In this document: positions 55,201 to 64,000 of the stretch, piece after piece
Position numbering within the stretch: the stretch's first letter is position 1
Layout: each line of letters begins with the position of its first letter
Position numbers and translations under genes: made by a program
The notes under the pieces: generated by a model
What the model was told of the DNA's origin: nothing
The model's input: only the letters and a program-made list of their open reading frames with translations
The model's database searches: none
NCBI GenBank assembly: GCA_964035545.1
Contig: OZ037769.1
Location: forward strand, 310,001 to 374,000
Direction of reading: 5' to 3'
Source: Bugula neritina
Taxonomy: Eukaryota > Animalia > Bryozoa
Length of the DNA: 64,000 nucleotides

Positions 55201-55577
55201 TGAAAATATTACAATCAGCATCACCATAACAGACTCAGACTGGGAAAAAAACAATATAACAATAAGTTTAACGTGAACATCATAATCAACAAATCTAAAA
55301 CTAAAAGTAAATGAAAATATTCGAATTTGATTACATTTAATTTTATCTTTAAAATGAAAATTGATCAAATAACATTAAAAGTCACAAGAAAAGGTTTATT
55401 ATTTTACTAAAATTAAAAAGCTGACTACTATAAAAATGAAGGTAATACTAATACTTAAATAAACTTACTAGATTCTGCTGTCTTGATAGCTTTTTCATAA
55501 TTTTGCGCATCACCACATCGCTTTAAATCAGCATAAAGGAGAGGCAAATTAGGTTGGTTTTGGCCGGGTTTTGCCAT
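49229..55577 (-). CDS. SRP72: Signal recognition particle subunit SRP72 (15 exons)
   Basis: Exons 55469-55577, 54112-54350, 53865-54011, 53461-53572, 53174-53246, 52895-53033, 52623-52754, 51726-51857, 51500-51637, 51223-51318, 50802-50983, 50557-50691, 49765-49932, 49589-49631 and 49229-49355. Motifs: FEKAYCEYRL, ELLAQLLYRLEDY, DQNVFDSKKK, KRKGKLPKDYNPDVDPNPERWLPRRERS, GKGSQG. Confidence 0.95.
49372..49566. repeat. 16-bp minisatellite filling the last SRP72 intron
   Basis: Unit TGTGTCATACACCAGA. Confidence 0.92.
49943..50527. repeat. 26-bp minisatellite (~22 copies) filling an SRP72 intron
   Basis: Unit TCAGTGAGTACTAGTTACTATACCAC. Confidence 0.95.
51000..51145. repeat. 27-bp minisatellite (~5 copies) in an SRP72 intron
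   Basis: Unit CACATGAGTACAGTCAACTACTGTAAT. Confidence 0.92.
51865..52055. repeat. 46-bp minisatellite (4 copies) in an SRP72 intron
   Basis: Unit CACAGTACACGTACAGGTAAGTATATATATACTGTATAACATATAA. Confidence 0.92.
52061..52637 (-). repeat. ~34 x 17-bp repeat of the SRP72 exon 7 end plus donor
   Basis: Minus-strand unit ACCACTCTAACCAG|GTA. The first copy encodes Y-H-S-N-Q of exon 7. Confidence 0.95.
53055..53185 (-). repeat. 37-bp repeat of the SRP72 exon 5 end plus donor (4 donors)
   Basis: Minus-strand GCTATT(A/G)(T/C)TAG|GTAACACA. Confidence 0.9.
53260..53450. repeat. 19-bp minisatellite filling SRP72 intron 4
   Basis: Unit ACAGAGTACACTGTATAGT. Confidence 0.92.
53588..53858. repeat. 22-bp minisatellite (~12 copies) filling SRP72 intron 3
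   Basis: Unit GAGAGATTGAGTTATATAGACT. Confidence 0.95.
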
Positions 55578-56162
55578 AATGACACTGGTTGTGATGGTAA
55601 AGTAACTACAATAACTACCACTTTAACTTTATATGCAGGAAAAAGTTAACTTAAAGTAAATAGCAATGCGTTTCACTAAAAGTATAAGTGTGACTTTTCG
55701 CACAAATTGAAATGACAAATATCACAAAGTTGACCCTAGAGCCAGTGGCCAAGTCATCAATTTTGCCGTTGCTTCAGTTTTTTCTTTTCCGACTAACATA
55801 AATAGGCTTCCCAATTGAAAATTAGAATACTGAGGAACGCAGGCTATACAAAGTTTTACAAATTACTGAAATGGAATTGTATTCCACTCAAGGGTCACGA
55901 TTATTGCTTTTCATTGATACAAATGGCATTAGAGGAATCGCTAAGTTTAGTTGATAAACCACCTACATCAGAGATAATCATCTTGGGAAACCATGAAGTT
56001 GGTTCGAATTTTATGCTAGTATTTAAAGCACAAAGGCTAAAGGCAAAGTTCAAAGTTTACAGAGTTCAAAATGTCCACAAATGTGACAAGCCCAAGGTTA
56101 AACGAAATAACTTCATAAACATTATAAAGTAATCAAGCATTTAACCGGTTAAATACCTCAAA
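55578..56162. promoter_or_regulatory. Probable bidirectional promoter between SRP72 and the PCYOX1-like gene
   Basis: Divergent ATGs 585 bp apart. Inferred from geometry only. Confidence 0.5.
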
Positions 56163-59100
56163 ATGAACATAAATTGTGCAGTCGCGGTGGCTATCCTTAA
56201 TGTTGCTATTGTAAATTCACAGTTCACTTCATTTTTTGATGATATTGACGTGCCAAGAATAGGTTAGTTTTGTAACTATTTGAATTTGCAATACTTATAC
56301 TAATAGTAATACTATTACTAATAGTAATACTAATACAGTAATACTAATAGTAATACTAATAGTAAAACTAATAGTAATAGTAATACTGATAGTATTAGTA
56401 TTACTGTAGATGTAGTACTTATAGTTAAACAGTTATACTAGAAGTCAAAGTGATGGTGATACTTGATACTTAGTTATAGTTATGCTCATACTGATACTCA
56501 TAGTCATAGTAATCATATAGCAATAACTATGAGTCGTAGTTGAACTTAATGTTATATGATTACTATGAGCATCAGTATGAGTAGGAATAGTCATAGTAGT
56601 ATATTGCTGTGGCGTGTGAATATGTGTTAGTTTAAACATTATAATATTAAAATTAAATATTGTTAAACAATTATAAAAATTTTATTAATAATAGATATTA
56701 TAACAGTGAAAAACATAATTGAAATTATCTTATATTTCTTATACAGATCTGATGATTATAAAGCAGGTAGGTTATATTATTGTAGAATGTTTAAATAGAT
56801 CAGGTAGACAGGTTTGTGTGTTTCTGTTTTAGCGATAGTTGGGGGTGGAATAGGGGGATCCACTGCTGCCTATAAACTCAGAGACTTCTTCGGAGAAGCT
56901 TTGACCACTCTAGATGTCTATGAGAAAGACAAAATTGGTGGCAGATTGAGAACCATAAATATAGATGGGGAAGAGTACGAGACGGGTGGTAGTGTGATAC
57001 ACCCCGCCAATCAGCACATGATCGAGTTTACTAAACTATTAGGTCTGAATATCCTTTTAAGTTTTGGTCGTTAGCTGTGCTACTGTGTAACTACTTTAAA
57101 TGTGTTAGCTTTACTCTGTCAGACTTTTACATGAACTTGTAAATATATGTTTACATCTTGTGACTGGACTTCCTGCCTACTGACTGCATCAACTAATCCA
57201 TGAACATCGAAATATTTCACGCAGTCTCAGCTGACCCAGCATTTCTACATTTAATCTACGAATGCAGGGTTGAGTGAACGACCCGATCAAGGCGATGGGT
57301 CATTCGCCATGTTTGATAGAAGTACAAAGGTCTTTGAGCCGTCAAGAAACTCCTGGGTACAAACTTTGCAGTTGCTATGGCGATATGGCTGGAATTTGCT
57401 TACCATGCAGAGATCAACTAACAACTTCCTTCACGACTTCAGCAGGCAGGTCATGTGATGTGACAGTATGTGATGTGACAGTATGTGATGTGACAGTATG
57501 TGATGTGACAATGTGTCATGTGACAGTATGTGATGTGACAGTATGTGATGTGACAGTACTACTACTCAACTAGTCTTTGTTAATAGTATTACAGGTTGAT
57601 CATGTGACTTTGTTTCTCAACTTCTGTTGCGATTCTCAAGCAAGTTTGCCGAGTAGTAGAGTCTAAGTATATCTGTAGCTTGTGTGTGAAGAGTAAAGTG
57701 TAGTGCAATAGTGTAACTGATAATATGTTATACGATATTACATCTCATTGCAGTTATATAACATAATACGTACAATATATATGATATAAGAGGTATAATA
57801 TATATAGTATAATACATACAATATACAGGATTTACAAGTGGCAGGATGAACACCAGTCATTCACGACTCTCCCCAACCTGCTGCTGTCAATGTCTGATGA
57901 CATCATGAACGCCACTCAGCTGTCTCTGCGTCAGCTCATGGCCTCGCAGGGGATCTCACAGAAACTGGTAGATGAGCTGGTTTTGTCAGCGTGCAGAGTG
58001 AACTACGGTCAGACGCCAGACAACCTGCACGCTCTAGTGGGTAGGTGTTACCTCACAGTACTGTACCTACTTAGTGTAGCATACTCTAGTGGGTACGTGC
58101 TACCTCACAGTACTGTACTTACTTAGTGTAACACACTCTAGTGGGTACGTGGTACCTCACAGTACTGTACTTGATATAACACGCTCTAGTGGGTACGTGT
58201 TACTTCACAGTACCATACTTACTTAGTGTAACACGCTCTAGTGGGTACGTGTTACTTCACAGTACCATACTTACTTAGTGTAACACGCTCTAGTGGGTAC
58301 GTGTTACCTCACAGTGCTGTACTTACTTAGTGTAGCACACTCTAGTGGGTACGTGTTACCTCACAGTGCTGTACTTACTTAGTGTAACACACTCTAGTGG
58401 GGACGTGTTACCTCACAGTGCTGTACTTACTTAGTGTAACACACACTAGTGGGTACGTGTTACCTCACAGTACTGTACTTACTGTAGCACACTCTAGTGG
58501 GTACGTGCTACCTCACAGTACTGTACTTACTTAGTGTAACACACTCTAGTGGGTACGTGTTACCTCACAGTGCTGTACTTACTTAGTGTAACACACTCTA
58601 GTGGGGACGTGTTACCTCACAGTGCTGTACTTACTTAGTGTAACACACACTAGTGGGTACGTGTTACCTCACAGTACTGTACTTACTGTAGCACACTCTA
58701 GTGGGTACGTGCTACCTCACAGTACTGTACTTACTTAGTGTAACACACTCTAGTGGGTACGTGTTACCTCACAGTATTATACTTACTCAGTGTTTTCTAG
58801 GCTCAGTGTCTGTGGCTGGAGCAGACCCTGGCTTATGGGACGTGAAGGGAGGCAACTACAAGGTTGCAGAGGGGCTGTTACAGAGGTCTAAGGCTAACAT
58901 TATCTCCTCAGCTGTGGTTAAGATAGTCAACTCTACTGTGGAGAGGTCGCGGCCCCTCTACTCTCTCCACTCTGCTGACGGCAGCGTCAGGCAGTATGAT
59001 GCGGTGATCCTGGCCTACCCCTTCATTGTCGGCCAACCGTCAGTTGAGTTCTCTGGTTTTCTTACGGACTTTAGGGAGCTGCACCGCCGGTTCCACCATC

Positions 59101-59573
59101 TCTTTGTCTACATCGTGAAAGGAACTCCCAACTATAAGCACTTCGGCTTCGACAGTCTAGACGACATGCCAGAAATTATCTTCCCACTAGAGTCAGTGCC
59201 TTTCTACAATCAGATTTCCCGCATATACCCCGTCAGCGGTCTTCCTTCATCCACTCCTGTCTACAAAGTTTTCTCTTCCGGTAAACTCTCTCAGGACGAG
59301 TTGAATCTCCTCTTCCTCTCTCGCGAGTTGACGGAAGTTGTGGAGTGGATGGCCTACCCCCAGTATTCCGACAGCATGGAGTTCACCCCCTTCGTCTTGG
59401 CTCCCAACTTGTACCACGTCAACGCCATAGAGCTGGCAGCGTCAGCCATGGAGATGTCAGCAATTGGGGCCGTCAACGTGGCCAACCTCCTCTATCATCA
59501 CTCCCTAGGTAACAGTCACCGTGTGGACAACATGTTCGTGATTGAAGAGAAACATCTCAAGATGGAGTTGTAG
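56163..59573 (+). CDS. PCYOX1: Prenylcysteine oxidase 1-like (5 exons)
   Basis: Exons 56163-56262, 56833-57042, 57268-57445, 57829-58040 and 58801-59573. Motifs: IAIVGGGIGG, ETGGSVIHPANQHM, LLWRYG, RVNYGQT, LWDVKGGN, WMAYP, NAIELAASAMEMSAI. C-terminal KMEL resembles an ER-retention signal. Confidence 0.93.
57453..57558. repeat. 15-bp minisatellite just after the GC donor
   Basis: Unit TGTGATGTGACAGTA. Confidence 0.9.
58028..58793 (+). repeat. 15 x ~52-bp repeat of PCYOX1 exon 4 end plus donor, filling the whole intron
   Basis: Unit CTCTAGTGG|GTACGTGTTACCTCACAGTACTGTACTTACTTAGTGTAACACA. Confidence 0.95.
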
Positions 59574-61849
59574 CGCCACAGCAGCGTGTAATATCATCTA
59601 CCTTCACTTCCTGTCTGTGTATGTTACTTCTCGTCTGCATATTATACAGTTTCCTGCCTCTATATTTTATATATAAATATATTGTAGAACTTTGTCGTTC
59701 AGCTTTTTACTCTCCCCATTCAAGACTGTGTTAATTAAATACTACGTCTACAATGTTCATATTATACTGTCATTACTAAACTAAGCACTGCTTTGTTCTC
59801 TTGTGTAATGTATTCTGTGTAATGTTACATTGCTGACTGCTGCCTAACTTTCTAATGTATATGATTCAGAGTGAGCTTTCATAATATTATTGTATGCTCT
59901 GTCCTATGCATCTTCTTGTTTTATACATTATAATATCATTTAGCTTTGCTAATTTTTGTAGTTGTCTTACCATTATATATTATATGAAGATAAATAAAGA
60001 GTTATCTTTCCTATCTAAAAAGGTGAAATCTATACAGATAGATTATTTACAATTGAAATTCTCCTAGGTGTAGTGAAATAGAAACTCAATGTTCACATCA
60101 CACATTTATCTGTACGTCTGCATTTGGTATCCGTCTGCTGTGGAAATGTTGCACAAGTTATGTTTACCAATGTTTTGCTTTAGTGCAAGCTTAACAATGT
60201 TCTGCCTTAGTGCAAGCTTTACAATGTTCTGCCTTAGTGCAAGCTTTACAATGTTTAGTATAACCATCAAGTACCATAATCTGAAATCTAGACCAGCGCC
60301 TGTAGTTATATAGTTATACATATGATAGATTATTTAATATAAAATTGTTTCAATTATTGGCATCCCTTTGAGATGAGAACTCAAAAGTTTGTTAGTTTAT
60401 TTATTCTGCAAATAATTCCTTAAATGTATTTGATAAAAAGCCCAAGTAAGTAGTTATTACTATGACAACAAAGCCTGAGCACCTTAACTACAAGTAAAGT
60501 AATAATTTGGTATTTCAAACCTGCCAGTTGCATATAAACACAACTTGCAAGATAATAAATATATATAGAATAATATTATACGGGTTATTTAGCTTAAGGA
60601 ACTAACAAGAAGCATCTAATATAAGGGAGGTATTCGGAAAGCTTCCGATGCTATTCAAAATTATGAACAATTGAAATTTTGTGTATAAGCCACATTTCAC
60701 AACCACTGTTTCTTTTTACAGCGCTATGATTGGCTACTACAAGGTTATGTACAGGCAGCAAAAAGTTGCTGTTGTAGCAATGTATACTGTAAATTTGTGA
60801 ACTGGTCATATCAGTGTTGCTGGGGGTAGAGAGAAGTAAAGATATTTTACCAGGTGTGTATTCTTTCTTCTTGCAGTGAATACGCTGTTAGTCTTTGAAA
60901 ATGGCCAACTATTCTATATTGTTTTTCAATTAGCTATCCGAGTGATGTGATAGATGCAATAAGAAAACAAGAACAATCATTGCAGGAGTAAAAAATTGAA
61001 ATAAAAAATTAATAGTTGTATTGACAAAACATTATAATTGTTCAACTTATGTTTTAGTGTTGCATAAGAGTTACACATACTGAGAGGACATGAGAAGCCT
61101 GTTGGTTGTAGGAGCTCTGCTCCTTGGTAAGTTTTACAGAATATTCTGTGTGAATTATGAGACATACTCTAAGGAAGTGTCAAGCAATGAGAATTTTATT
61201 TAAACTAAGATGAAACGGCTGTCTATCATAAGAATGCAATATGGTTACTAGGTACTATATATGATATAGAAATACTTCTACTAATGAAAACATGTACAGT
61301 GTGAAAACTCTTTGTAGGCACAATTATAGCATAAAAAATTATTTTCTGAGGTACATTAACATATACATTTTATTTGTCAAAAAAATCATTTTTAACAGTT
61401 CTTTATTAATTTAAAGATTCCATTGCACTGATATTTCAAACCAGTCTTATCCATGTTCATTTAAAATAAAAATTGTAATGTATATAACTATATGTTGCTC
61501 TTTGTTGAATTTCAATTATTAGCAATCTTAGATCGTTTTGATTATGAAATGAAATAATAAAGCTTTGTGATTATGAAAATATTATAATCAGCTGAATGAT
61601 TTGAGTAAACAATTGAGAACTATCGACAGTAAACTAACAATAGTTTGCTCAAGTGAACAGTAAATGTCCACTTGAGTATTTCGGGCTCCTTCTTTATGTT
61701 GATATATTGACATAAAATTTTGAGTTATATTTGAGCTCGAATTGATGAAGTCATATTTGATAAAATGAAAATATAACAATGCCTTGTTTTAGTTGCTATA
61801 TGCTGAATTGATTTAAAGCGATGCAATAATGTTTTTTGTGAATTTGCAG

Positions 61850-62060
61850 CGGTGAACGTCACAACTTCACTCAAGTGCAAAGGTAAAGCAAACTTGTTGG
61901 AGTTTTACAGCACGGCTTGTAAACATAATGGTCACCATGGTGATCCGGAAGAAGATCAGTCTTGTCTGGTGGAAACTCGTGACGAACTTGATAGACAATG
62001 TGAGACGGATGACGCTTGTACTGTAAGAGAATAGCTATATTATATAAATTATATATATAA

Positions 62061-62154
<94 letters not shown>

Positions 62155-63952
62155 GTATATATCCGTATATATAGGAAATAAACATTGTGCTGGATGATGA
62201 CAGCTACGATGAGGAAGCTCAAGATATGATCTGGAGCTTCTCTTCATGTTATTAGAAAGAAATGGAAATCTACATTTGTGTTGATGATGCCAGTGAGTTT
62301 AATACAACTAAGTAAAGTGTATAGCAATTTCCTCGAACTGATGTATTTCTCTGTACACTGTTTGTAACTTGTCAACTAATTTTATGCAACATACTTGTTG
62401 TCCATGCTATATTTATTTTCCATTCCACTTGTTGTGCATGCCAACTACTAATTTTCTAAGCTGAGGAGCTCCTGTGCTGTTCCTTCTAAATACTGCTGAA
62501 AAATTTCCATGTCTGCTTAAAAATATTAGGCTTTGATTAAATTTATATATATACTGGTTATTTCACTTACAGCTGGATCAACAACTATACCACCAACAAC
62601 TACAGCAGCACCAACTACAGCAGCACCAACAACAACAGCAGCACCAACAACAACAGCAGCACCAACCACAACAGCAGCTCCAACCACAGCAGCTCCAACC
62701 ACAGCAGCACCAACCACAGCAGCACCAACTACAGCAGCACCAACTACTACAGCAGCTCCAACAACTACAGCAGCTCCAACTACTACAGCAGCACCAACTA
62801 CAACAGGTAAAACTTTTCAAATACATATTATATAAATAACAAACAGCAAATGTTAGGCAAATGTTTATGTTTTCATGATATGACATCATGGTTTTGCAAC
62901 GTGATATATGTTGTAAGGTAACAGGCACTTTTACATATTTTGTATTGTAATATATATTATAACAGACACATTTATGTTGTAGCTGCACCATTGACTGGAT
63001 GCTACGAAGGGACAGTCGATTTTACTGCTAATAGCTGTGCCGTACAAACTAAGACAGTTGAGCTAACAATGGTTGGGACATCCACTAAAGTTAATTTCAA
63101 AGTACATGTTATTGGGTGCTGCTCAGACGAAGATAATTGCAAAGTTGACACGTCTGAAGATGGTACGAGTTCTTTTAATTTTAACTGCTTCAGTTTATTT
63201 AAAAACAAAATATAATGCCTACACTTTTTGAAAATCACCTCTGCTAATTTAATTGTCCAAAGTTGGACTTCCTGTCTGGTTTCAAATAGGGAGTGGATTA
63301 TTGTATAAAGTACATACAGATTGTTAGGGGAGTGATCTGTACCAGAGCATTTAGTGCTATCTTAAGTGTTGTTCTACAGAGCCATATGAATGCAGCTACT
63401 ATACAACACCTAATATTGATGGTAGCAGTGAGTACACCGTTAGTTGTTCAGAAGGTTGCTTTACTGGAGTTACTACTTATCCTGATGGGTAAGCACACGC
63501 AGTGTTGTGTCTTTAGAATAAAAATATATTTTTCCTCTGATATTCGAATAAAGTTTAATACCATATGTATGACCAACATGTCATTTACTAAAGTCAAGCT
63601 CTTTCAGCATAAACCTAGTGATGATGGCATTATCTGGCTGTAGTATAATTAATAACCTGTTATTAGTAACTACAGTACCTAGTTACTGTAAGTTATTAGT
63701 TATTAGTTACTATATAGTTACTATAGTAACTAGTAGCTGGTTACTATAAGCTACTACTTTAGTGATAACTAGTAGCTAGTAACTACAGTAGTATAGCAGT
63801 ACCACATATCTCCTTATAGAATTGTTAAATCTGCACATGGATGCCTTAATGACATTCCCCGGGAGTTGGTGGGGCCATACGACGATGTAACCGAATGTGA
63901 CAAAGACACCATCATGGATGGAGACTGCCAAGACCTTGCTGGTGGATTCTAT
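61850..63952 (+). CDS. Cys-rich extracellular protein with a Thr/Ala/Pro mucin segment (partial; continues past the window; one in-frame stop)
   Basis: Phase-compatible exons 61850-62022, 62175-62292, 62573-62806 (TTAAP repeats), 62983-63162, 63380-63488 and 63820-63952. TAG at 62253-62255. The first exon was not identified. Confidence 0.6.
62065..62152. repeat. (TA)n microsatellite intron
   Basis: Directly visible. Confidence 0.95.
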
Positions 63953-64000
63953 GTAAGCAAACCCTTTCACAAACTTTTTTCTTTCATCAAGTTCTTGAGC

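Noticed and set aside
55815-56132. 105-aa ORF between SRP72 and PCYOX1
   Set aside because: Non-ATG start, no recognisable motif, and it lies in the probable shared promoter.
62578-62991. Cys/Trp-rich metallothionein-like minus-strand ORF
   Set aside because: Antisense reading of the TTAAP mucin exon.
1-64000. tRNA or rRNA genes, autonomous transposase or reverse transcriptase ORFs
   Set aside because: None recognised by eye; a covariance or HMM search would be needed to exclude them.

Overview
AT-rich, intron-containing animal DNA. It is probably a lophotrochozoan invertebrate; the species cannot be established from sequence alone. Most listed ORFs are artefacts of repeats. Genes assembled by hand from splice signals, in order: two tandem cytosolic-type sulfotransferases (+), the second with a ~13.3 kb 34-bp satellite in one intron; an SH2D5-like PTB+SH2 adaptor (-); a four-copy array of secreted PAN/apple + F-type-lectin genes (+), one truncated; an ankyrin-repeat caspase (+) inside a block that interrupts that array; SRP72 (-) head-to-head with a PCYOX1-like prenylcysteine oxidase (+); and the start of a Cys-rich/mucin gene (+). 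Three things stand out. (1) Many introns in unrelated genes are built from tandem copies of their own exon-intron junction, giving up to ~34 duplicate splice sites; in three lectin genes these duplicate donors are in frame. (2) A minimal type I hammerhead ribozyme lies on the minus strand at 43789-43846, within a 272-nt retrozyme-like unit. (3) The caspase prodomain is eight 39-aa ankyrin repeats. Exon coordinates were read by eye and have no transcript support.
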